The position numbers and the translations under genes were made by a program. Shown piece by piece: positions 1-12,198 of a stretch of DNA of 64,000 nt (position 1 is its first letter; each line of letters starts with the position of its first letter). This DNA is from Antedon mediterranea (Eukaryota > Animalia > Echinodermata). The notes beneath the pieces are model-generated. The model had not been told where the DNA came from, made no database searches, and saw nothing but the letters and a program-made list of their open reading frames with translations. The stretch lies in assembly GCF_964355755.1 (NCBI RefSeq), contig NC_092680.1, positions 6,138,001-6,202,000 of the forward strand, written 5' to 3'.

Positions 1-498
1 TTTTACAATCATGTCATTGTTAACAATTTAATATATAATTTTAATAGAGTGCTTGGAGGGATAATATATTTTTCGGATTTATTCATACAGTAACAATAAC
101 AGCCCTTGAGTAAAGAATGTAACTATACTATAGTATACAGTATTATAATCATAAAATTGGGATTATTGATTTGAGATTACAAATACAGTATTGATTAAAA
201 TTAATATCTACAATATGTTATTAGTTCTGAGATTGATTTTGATATTAATACAAACTTAATACATAACCATACGATTAAAAATTAATATTCTAGTACTACT
301 ACAGTGGTAGTAGTAGTCTAGTTAAGGCTAGCTATGTAATAGCACCTGCTGTTTAATTAATACTGTTCAATTTATTTATTTACTTATATATTGATCCAAA
401 TACATTAAATGTAATAAAATTACTTTTTTTGATAAAATTATAACTTTTTCTGGTAATTTTTTGAAATAATTGGGCAAACTTGATTTATAAATTTACAG

Positions 499-1584
499 TT
501 AGGTGTCGTCGACAGGTTCGGCAGAACGATAGCACGTAGGACGGATAACGGTTGCATGTATGAACAATAGCCCACATATAGTTGCATAACCAAGTATGAT
601 AAATAAAACCTTTAAAACACGGTCTACTGGTTTCGTTATATCCTGGAATTCGTGAGGTAGAACTTCGATAAATGTAATGTACAAGAATGTGCCAGTTGCT
701 ATACCCTGTAGGATTCCATTTATCAAGCTGTGAATAAAATCGTTTACATCATCAACAGCAATTCCGATCGCAATTCCAATAGGGGCCATGATCGCAAAAC
801 AAAGACATGATCGAAAGATCGCAGAACGAGATAGATTGCTTTGTACAAGATTTAACCCCAGACTAAAAGCCAACACATTTTTATGGATGATGAGAGCGAT
901 GAAAATTTGTGTGATCAATGCAGTCGAGTTTTGCAATCCAAGAGCCAAGCCTTCAAAGAGTGAATGTAGGGATAATGCAAAGAGTAACATTAAAGAGTGA
1001 AAGCCTGAACCATCGCCATCTTCATGTCCGTGAGAATGACCATGTGAATGACCATGTGACGAGGCAACCTGCACGCCATTCATGCTCGTCAAAGTGTCTC
1101 TATAAACATGCTCATCATTCGGATGATAGTTATTTGATGCGTACAGACTTCGCTGGTACGCTTCGGTGTCCGCAATTAATGGTGCATTAACGCTTTCAGG
1201 CATAGTACTCTCAGACCGTGTTCGAAGTTCATTTGGCGAAGTTTCTTTTACCATCACAGCAGTTTGTTCAATAATTAAAACAAGAAAAAATCCCATAACC
1301 ATAACAAATTCTGCAAAAGGAAATGCAGTATATTCCTCAAGTTGATCAAACACTAAACTCAGTCTATCTCGTACAGTTGGTAACAAATCTAACAGGCAAG
1401 TTGCGAGAAATACACCACCTCCATAACAACTTAGAAAACTGACAATCCGCAGAGTCTTTTTTCGCTGTTCTTCGTTTTGGTCTTTGCCTAATCTCTTTCT
1501 CAAAGTTATTGGAAGTAATGCAAAAAACAAGCACAAGAAGAAAAGAAGAACTAATATCATAATTTTAAAACCCAGCACATCCAT
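499..1584 (-). CDS. ZIP family zinc transporter, subfamily II (SLC39A1/2/3-like), 361 aa, uninterrupted CDS
   Basis: ORF with about 8 hydrophobic segments. Motifs: GGGVFLATCLLDLLP (TM2), a His-rich cytosolic loop HGHSHGHSHGH, ZIP signature LSLHSLFEGLALG (TM4), IIHK (TM5) and GIATGTFLYITFIEVLPHE (TM7). Confidence 0.95.
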   Translation of the reverse strand: MDVLGFKIMILVLLFFLCLFFALLPITLRKRLGKDQNEEQRKKTLRIVSFLSCYGGGVFLATCLLDLLPTVRDRLSLVFDQLEEYTAFPFAEFVMVMGFFLVLIIEQTAVMVKETSPNELRTRSESTMPESVNAPLIADTEAYQRSLYASNNYHPNDEHVYRDTLTSMNGVQVASSHGHSHGHSHGHEDGDGSGFHSLMLLFALSLHSLFEGLALGLQNSTALITQIFIALIIHKNVLAFSLGLNLVQSNLSRSAIFRSCLCFAIMAPIGIAIGIAVDDVNDFIHSLINGILQGIATGTFLYITFIEVLPHEFQDITKPVDRVLKVLFIILGYATICGLLFIHATVIRPTCYRSAEPVDDT

Positions 1585-2419
1585 TTTACTTTTTGGTATA
1601 AGTATTCAAGCTAAAAGAATGATAATAGTAGGCAACAGATCAGGTAGGTAGCCTGGTTCCATAAAGTTTTCTCTAGATCAGACTCCTTACTCCTTCACAC
1701 ACAACAAACATAGGAGATGACCATGTCTCTGTTCTGATGACAGCAGCTGCTGGTGGGATCCTACCAATGTTGTCAGTTGGTGAAACTTCAGTTAATTATT
1801 TGCTAAAACCTCACAATCATCCACTAAAACAATCATCCAAACAGAATTCCGTTCTTCTCCATTTGGTTTAGGTAAAACTAATGTGATAATAAACAATAAA
1901 AAGGTATCTGCTTGTCCTTTTGTGTGTAAATCTCTGATTACTAAGCGATCTTGTGACTTCTTCAATTCCTTGTACTTTAAATAACCTTTGACCTCAGTGT
2001 ATATAATAGAACTCTCCATTAACATTATAGGTGTGCAATATGATAAATCTTATAGATAGAGCATAAACAAATTTACGATTTTGCTAATATATAATGAAAT
2101 ATATAAATAAAATGAAATAAAATTGGATTTCACCTATTCTATAATGATTATTAGCTGTTCCACAAACTAAACTAGGCCTAGGCTAGTAACAGTTATCCCC
2201 CTACTAGATCAAATGATGTTGACCTTACCAAATTGTATAAAATCATATCATGATGGCTTCCCCCGTTTTTGTGTTGTAAATAAATAATATGAGAAATTGC
2301 CTTTTGTGGTTTCGATTATTTTTTACATCGGAAAGAAGACGAACATTATTGGTATCATTTTTTAAAATTTATTTGTTTATATTTCTTTTATACTAGGCTT
2401 ATATAAGATCATAAAATAA

Positions 2420-2695
2420 ACCTAGCTAGCGAGCTAGCTAGGTAGGCCTGGCTGGCCCTGGGCCTAGCCTAGGGTAGTGTAGGCCTACTAGGCCTAGCCT
2501 AGCTAGGCCTAGTAGGCTAGCTAGGCCGCCGTAGGCCTAGCCTAGGCTAGGCCTAGTGAAGCAACTAACTTTACTCTACTGACTGAGCGAAACCGACTTA
2601 GGCCTAGCTATAGTACAGTATTTAGGCCTAGCTAGCCTAGCTAGAGTTAGGGTAGTATAAGCCGGCCCTAGCTAGTAGGCTAGTAGGCCCAGTCA
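2420..2695. repeat. CTAG/AGGCCT-rich low-complexity palindromic tract between the divergent ZIP and THEM4-like genes
   Basis: Dense interleaved taggccta, gctagc and cctagg words over about 270 bp. GC content is raised relative to the flanks. Confidence 0.8.
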
Positions 2696-3565
2696 GTACG
2701 TCTTATTATTGACAAGTTTACTGAAAGCTTAACTAAAATCTTAGATTTTACATTTTTACATTTAAACACATCCATATGAAGTAGACCTTGACTAGACTGT
2801 ACATGAAAAAAAAAATTATTTCATAAGGGCAAGATTTGTTTTTATTTGATTAAATATAATATAAATGTGATGGTGCATGACCTTATGTGACTACAATCTT
2901 CCTGCTCATGTCTTTGTTCATAATAAAGTAGTGGTTACCTTCATTCCTTTCTAAATAACTCATATCCTGTCCTAATGTTTCCTATCATTCTATTTCCTTT
3001 ATGTCATTGTGGAAAGCTCCACCATGATTGTTAACGTTAATGTTATGTATATGTGTGTGGTTACAATGGAGGAGATAATATCAGTTTAAGGGGAGGTAGA
3101 GATGTGTCGTGCTAATCAATTCACTATTATTATTATATATACTACTACTATACTATAATGATTTTTTTAATGTTGTTGAATTTGCCATTTTATGATATAG
3201 TTCAACTAAAGTTGAAAGAAAAAAAATGTAAACTTTGCTCAATATTTATACACATTCCAGGTCAAACGAAATTGCTACTGCATGATTGATTGTGCAGTGC
3301 GATCATTAGCATATTCTTCATATGAGTTGTTGATTTAATGAAATAACTATTTTTTTCCGTTTTCTTTCATCAAAAACTTGATTAATGGTACAAAATTGCC
3401 TGTTCAAATTTAAATTTTATTTACAATTTTTCTTGTTTTTACAGACAATATTTAATAATTTCAATAATTATGCAAATTTTACACACCAGGTGTTACAATT
3501 TACCCACAATACATGTTTTAAATATGTTTTTTATTCCTTTTTGTAGTCTGATAAAGAGGAGGGAA

Positions 3566-6500
3566 ATGTTTCACCTTTGCAAAAGGCTACCTCAACTAAA
3601 CTACTTCCAAGGTTTCAGCTGTGTACAATTGGATAGATCTCTTGTAAGTATAATTATTTGCCCTGATCTTTCTTTAGTGAGAGAGTGGCTAAGAGATTAA
3701 GTCAATGGAACCGTAATTACGTAGCCATAACATCGCAAACGTATGAGGCTCACTCACTCCATGGTTCTGATGGTAGAACGAGTCTTCTCGGGTAAGGACT
3801 ATAAACCATAGGTCCAGTGTACACATCTAGCTCATGTGCACTTTAAAGAACCTAGTACATCTTTCGAGACGAGTAGGGGGTTACCCCAGTGTATTAGTAC
3901 ATCACAGCCACTGATCATACCTTTGCCCTCTGGGAGACCAATGTTTGACTGAAAAGGTTGCACATTATAAATGAAATAAAAAAAAAAAATAATAATGCAA
4001 CTCTTAAATTATACTAAATAATTATAAATAACATTATTCTGGTATTTTTATTTATTTCAGATAGTCTCAACTTCCATTTTATTTAGATATTCATCAGACA
4101 TGACATCAGAGAGACCAGGATGGAGCAAACCATCTCAGCAGTTGTATAATAAGTTGTTAGAGGATACAAAACATGGCAAATGGGTAGAAGTGTTGTCCAC
4201 TAAAAGTCCGCCACCAACACAGCCTGACTTTGCTCGTTTGACAATGTTTGACCCTGCTGTGTACGAGTATGGTATTTTCATAAATAAAGAAGAACAATGC
4301 TTACATGGAGTTTGTGAATTTGGGCCCTATGCACAAGGAGCCGAAGGGTACGATGTTAGGACTTTTATTTTTTATAATAATTCAAAATTTATGGGACAAC
4401 AAAATGTGATGTGCCCATTATATGGACATACCACTACCGTATTTGGGTATATATCACTACCATATTTGGGCACATCACACTTTTTTTTGTCAAACAAGTT
4501 TAATAGTGTAGACAGAGCTTTAGAGTCAATAAACCAGCCACATGTATACAATTTAAGTGGAATCCCTCCTTAGGGACACCTCTACTAAGTAGACACTTTC
4601 CTGTAAAATGAAAGAAGAAAATACATGTTTCAATACTATGACCAACCTCTAAATATAAATGGGGGAATAACCTGCGACTTGCATCCTACTGGGCTGAATT
4701 GCACACAGGTGTGAACGACACATGCCACAATTTTCTACTTACCTAAGGGTCCCTTTGTGTCAAGTGCTGCCACAAAAATGTGCCATTTGTCTGTCAACAA
4801 TGACAGGTGCTGAACGACCAAGTACACCGGGTAACCCCCTAAATATCTATGGAGGAGAAGGTACATACATAACTATTACTACCTTTTTCTATAGGCATGT
4901 TCATGGTGGTGCCATAGCAACCATAATTGATGGTGCGACGCAAGTATTGAAGTCCAACTTATTTCCAGAAATTTTGGCTGTAACTGGTAATTTAAAAGTT
5001 AACTATAAAAAGTAAGTCAATTATTTATGTAAAGAATTCACATTACTTTAAATAATGAGTGCGATGAGCAGATAGACTCCAACATTGATAAAATTGTACC
5101 AAATATATTATTTACTAATATGCCTCCCCTATCAGGTGCTCATTTGCATCACATTTAAAGAACATTATATTAGACCATAGCAATTCGGTTCAAAAGCATG
5201 CACACACACACATGTATTTCTGCCATTTGATTTCTTGATGTATCACATGTCATGCCTTATTTGGATCCATCCTCACAATTGGGGGTACAGTAAATACATT
5301 TTTTGAATAGCCTGATCAACTACCAACCTGTACTGTAGAGTGTGTTGTGTACCACAGCTCTACTCGGCGGCGAAAATCTGAACGCCTTATTTTAAATGGG
5401 ACTAGTCTTCGACATTCAATTAAGGATGAAAGCAGCGAATTTTCAATACAATTTTACTTTTACTGTAAATGTTTTATATTCCTGGAATGGGGGAATATGT
5501 TAGTAAGTATGTGCTTATTTGAGGAGACAAATATTGACTCCATTCATAAACACTCATTATTTCAGTTGTATAATAATGATAATAATATATATATATTTAT
5601 TGACAGACCACTGACAATAGGAACTACAGTCTTCGTTGAAAGCCACTTGGAGAAGAGAGACGGCAAGAAGTTCTTCCTCTCATGTTGTTTAAAAAGTGCC
5701 GATAATTCAATTTTGTATGACACTGGTACCGCATTATTCTTTGACGTGAACGACCGCACAGATGACCTACCTGAAAGGTCGTGTGAAGTCGATGGACTCA
5801 AAGTTGATCCAGTAACCGGTTGGAGTGAAGATTCAGAAGCAGTTCTCAAGGAGATTCAGGATGAACTGGATGCTGAGTCTTGGAAAATGTCAAAGACGAC
5901 AAAAGTGCCACTTTCAAGAAAAATATTTACACGTTTGCCTATAGGTCCAGGGGCAGTATTTGAATATGCTTGGCTATATAATAAAGATTCAATTGCAATG
6001 AAAGGGATTTGCCAGTTTGGACCATATACTCAGGGACCAGATGGGTAACAATGAACATTTTTAATAATTATTTTATTTTTATGAAGAAATTTGTATTGGC
6101 CTACGTGGGAAAATCGTTTGTTGACAAACTCAAAATATTATATACAGCAGACAACAATAACACACATATAAATAGCTAAAAAATCATATAAATAGAAATT
6201 ATATTGTTTTGATTTAGCTTTTCGCTTTTTTTTGTATCTCCATTGAGATCCAGCCACTGATATTCACAGCATTGTCATTTCTTCAATAATTTGCCTTTGA
6301 ATCAATTGAAATATATATATATAAACTAATTATTAATCTTTATATGTTTATAAAATTAATTTAATTATATTTATCATGAACTTATGGAAGTTCACAAACA
6401 ATCCAATGATTATTGTGTTAAGATATTATGGCTGATTTTGTTCCAAGTTGTAAGTTGACAAATTGTTTCTTTTCTAGACTTGTTCATGGAGGAGCTACTG

Positions 6501-7348
6501 CCACAATGATAGACTCAATTCTTGGTTGCATGGTAAATGAAGACCCTCAAATTAAGGCTGTCACAGCAAATCTAGACATCAAGTATAAATTGTAAGTTCA
6601 AATGAGGTCCAATAGCTACTACAGTATAACTTCTTTTTGGGACTCGATTCAGGGGTCATCCCTAGGGGAATCTTTCCTGTGAAATAAATGAACAGATGTT
6701 TTGGGCTATCCTGGAAAATCTTTTATAAATGTATTATTTGTAATTTCAGTAATTTATGTATGTATTTGTTGTGATGATTTTCCAAATAAATTCAAATCAA
6801 ATCATGTTTTACTCTACACTCAACCTATATTATAATAGTTAAGGAGTTGGGTCAATCTTTGCACATTTTTTAAAGATGTATTGTCCCCTAAAAACATAAA
6901 AAATGAAGATTAATAAAATCAGACTTTGAATAGGCCATTTTGCAGTTTTAATCAAGTTATTCAACAAAAATAAGAAACAAAAAAAACATTGTCTGAGTAT
7001 TGTATTTTTTTGCTTTAAATTATTTTTTTTTTTAGGTAAATATTTTTTTCGATCCAGTTTTGGTTAAAGTGAATAAGTAGTATGTGACATTAAAATAGCA
7101 TATTTGAAAACAAGTTTTTTTAGGGGAACAATATATCTTTGCGGTAAAATATGTTTAAATAAATCTGCTCTTTTGTTTTTCATAGGCCAGTTCCTATAGG
7201 CTCAACATTACGTGTTGACGCCAGTCTAGAGAAGAGAGATGGATGTAAGTATTTTTTACAATGCAAACTATCGACGGCAGATAACTCTAAGATTCTGGTA
7301 TCTGGAACAGCTCTCTTTGTTGATCTTGTTCAATTATACAATTTATAG
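3566..7348 (+). CDS. THEM4-like acyl-CoA thioesterase with two tandem hotdog domains, 398 aa, 6 coding exons
   Basis: Exons 3566-3643, 4061-4347, 4895-5011, 5607-6044, 6478-6591 and 7186-7348. All introns are GT-AG with consistent phases; total 1197 nt ending in TAG. Domain 1 reads FGPYAQGAEGHVHGGAIATIID...VTGNLKVNYKKP and domain 2 reads FGPYTQGPDGLVHGGATATMID...VTANLDIKYKLP. The N-terminus MFHLCKRLPQLNYF resembles a mitochondrial presequence. AATAAA at 7386. The first exon is the least certain. Confidence 0.88.
3680..3988 (+). mobile_element. tRNA-derived SINE (Deu-domain-like), degenerate copy in intron 1 of the thioesterase gene
   Basis: Clearly homologous over about 300 bp to the reverse complement of 49900-50210. 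A/B boxes are decayed and the tail is A-rich. Confidence 0.8.
4404..4520. mobile_element. Partial copy of the ~150-bp MITE family with TIR agctctgtctacactatcaaact
   Basis: tgtgatgtgcccat...atatcactaccatatttgggcacatcaca...agtttaatagtgtagacagagct matches the copies at 8064, 52644 and 58725. Confidence 0.75.
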
Positions 7349-8063
7349 GAGGTTTTACAAATTTAAAATATCAAATTCTTGACTGAATAAAATTAACTAT
7401 ACTTGATTCACACATACAACAAAAATGTAACAAACTCATATCTTCCCCGGATAGCCATAATGATTTACTGCTTTCACACATAATGTTTGTTTCGGTGTAA
7501 TGTCAACATCATGTAAAAACTCATTAGAAAGATATACACAGACACCAATATGTACATTGATGTTATATCATGTAAAAACTCATAACGAAGACATACACAT
7601 ATACCACTATGTATATTGATGTTATATCAAAGATATATTAATATCTCGATGGTTATATCAATGTCATCTTCTTTAAAGGCCTTGTTGAGGCCTGTAAAGA
7701 ATATTGACTTGTTCTGAGATTTTTCATCAATGTAACACAAAAACGATTTCAGGTTCATACAAAAGTAACAATTTGTTACAATATGTTTTTATATAATTTC
7801 AACTGGCTTATTTCTATAATAATAATAATAAGTAAAGAAAAGTTGTAAGTAAACACACAAAATGTATTGTAACTCTTTTTGATTTGATCGAATAAAATCT
7901 TCATCAACCAATAACTAGTAGAGGGTGACACACACTCTCAACGAGAACCAATATTGTCTGAGGAAGATTTGATGTGATCAAATGAGAACGTTACAGTAGT
8001 ATCATTTTTTTTGGTTTAGTTACAATTAATATCCCTCACTTGTTACAATGTTACATTCGATTA

Positions 8064-8202
8064 AGCTTTGTCTATGCTATCAAACTTGATTTGAAAAAAA
8101 AAATGTGATGTGCCTATATATGGAAACGATGATGTCATATCACTATCATATTTGGGCACATCGCACTTTTCTAGTTTGATTATTGATAGTGTAGACAGAG
8201 CT
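8064..8202. mobile_element. MITE (Tourist/Harbinger-like), near-complete copy; further partial copies at 8342-8433 and 10355-10398
   Basis: Terminal inverted repeats agctttgtctatgctatcaa / ttgatagtgtagacagagct, an internal inverted pair tgtgatgtgcc / ggcacatcgca, and TTA/TAG-like flanks. Confidence 0.8.
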
Positions 8203-11200
8203 TAGGATTTGTGAATTGGGTGTTACTGGTATTGTAGGCTGGGTCCTAAATATTGGTTAAGAATTTTCTTGCTGATGTAATAATTCAAAGTCTTCAGTTA
8301 TAATTAAGTTGTGTTTCAGTATCTCAGGTATCGGCACTAAAAGTGTGATGTGCCCAAATATGGTAGTGGTATGCCCAAATATGGGCACATCACATTTTGT
8401 TGTCACATAAAGTTTGATAGTGTAGACAGAGCTTAACACTTCACATTTTCTGACAGTGCAGGCAAAAAAAAAAAACTGTGGATAAATGTTGTGGCAATTT
8501 TACTGCATTCAAGAACAGAAGTATTTTCAGGGGAGAGTATAATTTCACTCTTCCCTAGTATTTTGGAATCTATATATAAAAAAACATAAAAAGAGCATTA
8601 ATAAGTTTTGTTAATTTTACAAATTTTTGAAATTACACATTCATTCATTCACATTTATTTAGTCATCGTTTACATATCCAATCACACAGGATATCAATGA
8701 TGATCAGAATTGTACTGGGAAAATTTTAAACTACATTTAAAAATTACTGCTCAGATGCTGTAATCTTTTCTAGTGAGGCATAAAGGCAAAACATGCTCTT
8801 CCGTGATAAATTGTTTCAATGTCGGGAAAGTGTTAAACCATAGTAATCAAATAGTATAATATAAATTAAGCCTTTAAAAAATGGAAGGATGATATTGATT
8901 TTTATTGCCAGAGTATTGGACCAAAGTAAAAAATAAAAAATTTAGAGGCCAAAGTTCAAATAAAAAATATTGTGGCAAAATATGTGATTACATTTGCTGA
9001 AACTGAAGGATAAATGAGAAATGTTAATGAGTATTTATTTATTGTGTAAGTAAATAAAATAATGTCTATTTATAGAATTTTACATATTATCTTTGTAATA
9101 TATGTATGTGCTATTTTAATATCAATATATATCAATAATGTTATCATCTTGAATAGGTTTGTTGGATATTATAAATATTCATAATAATAATAATATAATA
9201 TTTTGTATTACTAATTTGCTGTAATAAATATACAGTACAATAATCATTTACTTAGATAAACTTTCAAAACATTTTTAAAATTCATATTTCGAATTTCATT
9301 GGTTCAGAAATGAAATTAAACCTTGCTATCAAAATCCCACCAGATATTTATGATTGTAAAATAATTCTATCTGTATATGTTTATTTCGTTTTTATTAATT
9401 TTGAAGTTATGTTGATACATTTAATTTATTGCAAAGTCATAAATGTTTTTTTTTTATGGAGGAACATTTCTACACAACTCTGACACAGGGGTAATAGGGA
9501 TGTATCCTGATTAGGGACTGGCCTTCCTTTATATTTATAATACCTATCAAAGTGTTCTACTTAACGATGGTGCTTAAAATAATCGTATGCAATTGCCATT
9601 TTTATTCATCCAGGTGCTGTTTTATTATTATGTCCAACCAACACGGTTCATATTAATTTAGTTTTTCTGTCGTTTGTAGAACCCCTATTAAGGGGACACA
9701 TCCAGGGCATCATAGGTAATAGGAGGGCATCGCTTAGTAGGGATGGCATCTTGAATAGGGGTTGGTAGTCTAGAGACTCTAGGTTTTAGACAGTATTTCG
9801 AATTATTATTAGCAAAAAGATAAATATTTTGGCACATATGGCGATTCATACATATAATACTTTTACTTAAAATATTTTCCAGACAAAAATCGAAATGTCG
9901 ACGGGTGGACTAACATTAACAATTATTACAGACTTGGGGCAAGTATATGGGTTGGCTGTAGTGTTGAAGATATATTTCCCCTCGTGTATTTCATGGGAAA
10001 CTTCCCTCTTCAATTAATAATTGTTTTAATACATTATTAAATTATTCCCGATTTTAATAATTTTTAGTATTCTGTTAAATGGTCACAAATTGATGCGTCA
10101 TATAATTATTACGATTTTAATTTTGTACTTTTACACAATGGAACACTATTGTACATTATGTGTTTTGTACCGCTATGGTTATTCATGTACGCTTATACAT
10201 AATAAATATATAAACATTATTTTATCCATCTATTTTTTATATTATTCACGTATTCTCTACTGATAATTGTTTTATTTTATTTTTTTATAAATTGCATTGT
10301 ATAATCTTTAGTTTGTGATTATTCATTATAAAGTCCAATCCGAACACTGGCTACAATTTTTTTTGTCAAACTACTTTGATAGTGTAGACACAGAGCTTAA
10401 CTCCCGGAATTCTTTCAATCGTTTTATAAAAAGATGTTACCATGGTTATTACAAACAACCGGAATTCTTCTTTTGTTATGATTATTATTGATATCCTGGA
10501 TTTAAACCCATTGTAATATAAATTGACAATATCAGTATCAGTGTTATTGGAAGGGTTTAGTATGTGGCAACGTTAGAACATTGAAGGAATCATTCAGTGT
10601 GTACTGGTAGGGGACACACGTCACTTATTTATATAGTTCAAGTATATAGGCCAATTATGTGTTATTTATTTACGATCACTGACTCCTCTAAATTTTATTA
10701 GGTAAATTTTAGCACGTTATTTGCTTTCCTATTTCGTAGCATAGGTAGCATATTACATGTTAATTAATTAATAATTCTAATCTTTAAGCAGTCTAAACTA
10801 TAACATCCAACTAATTATACTACCACCTGCCAACTATTCAATAGAGATTGAGCACCACACGATGTGACTGAATTCGACTGAGTCAGTGCCGTTCAAGCAG
10901 ATATTTTGTTCATTAGCAACTCTCTGTAATGGTGTGTACTTCTATACACACCTCACTGGAACAATTATTTCTATTGCGGTGGTTGCATAGATAAAAAAGA
11001 TAAATAAATAAGACAAATTCGAGCTCCTCTTGTTTTACAACTCCCTGGTGATTGTTCGATCAGTTGCACGGAGATAATGATCTATTGTAATGACGATGGC
11101 TATCTTTTGTTCGTCAATTCAAATTCCTGATTAACATAACAATCATTTACCAAACTACAAGAAGTAAATAACATAATGGGCAAGTAACAAACATAGTATG

Positions 11201-11384
11201 ATGGTGAAGTAGTAACTTGACCCTTACGGAGTTTTACAGCCCTTGGATTATTGGCTAAACCATAAGAGGTAAGTATAATGTAATACTGTACTGTAGTTTA
11301 TCTAACGATCGTGATTGATCAATTATAAAGGTGGAAGTTGTATGTGCATAGTTTAGGAAATATATATATACAGTATATATAATA

Positions 11385-11575
11385 TAATGGTTAGGGCGAC
11401 TGCATATCAAGCAGACGGTCCGAGTTCGAGTCTCGGTTGGGGCGACTTTTTCTCATTCTCACAGATTTCCTCATCTTTATCGTTTCAAATTAATTAATTC
11501 AATTTCAGTAATCACCGGGCGGTTTAGAATTAATGTTCTTTGCCTACTATGTTTATATATATATATATATATAAA
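11385..11575 (+). mobile_element. tRNA-derived SINE-like element of a second family, between (TA)n tracts
   Basis: A-box-like tggttagggcg and B-box gagttcgagtctc, followed by a tRNA-unrelated tail ending in (TA)n. There is no complete acceptor stem. Confidence 0.6.
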
Positions 11576-12198
11576 TATATTTCCTCCATGGTTACATACA
11601 GTACTTGGGACAAACTGATCTATCTAACGTCTTATCAAAGTGTATTTACTCAACCATGTTTTATCAGTTTGTTTTGAAGTATCTTTATGACATTATATGG
11701 TCACACTGAGTGCTGTCTAACACACCCCTCTTTTCTTCAAGTCGTCAGTGTAGACCTATTTTTTGTTCAATAATACAGAATTTTAGCTTTGTAATAACTC
11801 GACGTTCGTTTCTGGCAGTGGCAGAAAGCTCTACGAATAGGTAACCAATTGTTTGTATTGAGATCAATAATTAGGCTTCTTATTAAGTAATACTTTAGTA
11901 ATAACTATAATTTGTAACCACAATTTGGTTAATTCAGGTATTCTTATTATTATTTTTATTATTGATAGTTGGCCTACATGGAAGAAAGATAAAACGGAAA
12001 AACCATTCTATTGAATATCGGCTTTGTAATAAACAAGTATTGATCAAAACGCATAAAAAAGTTCAGATAATGGAGGAATGACGAGGCAACATTTAATGGG
12101 TGAATTATTGGCGATTAAGCCCGTCCTTAGGTAGGACTACCTGACGCTCCATTGACAACTATTGTTAACCCAAATGTTCTTAGCATTAACTGAGCAAC

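Noticed and set aside
788-1190. Plus-strand ORFs of 70 and 90 aa
   Set aside because: Antisense shadows of the ZIP coding sequence with no recognisable motifs.
1792-2025. 77-aa minus-strand ORF upstream of ZIP
   Set aside because: No recognisable domain and no convincing splice connection to the ZIP frame; it probably lies in a 5'-UTR intron.
4555-9765. Short ggggacacc/aggggt-containing patches at about 4555-4605, 6620-6700 and 9676-9765
   Set aside because: They look like remnants of another small DNA-transposon family, but are too decayed to define ends or TSDs.
11385-11445. Possible tRNA gene (also 18367-18425 and 50135-50210)
   Set aside because: A/B boxes are present but there is no complete cloverleaf or acceptor stem, and the heads continue into SINE-like bodies.
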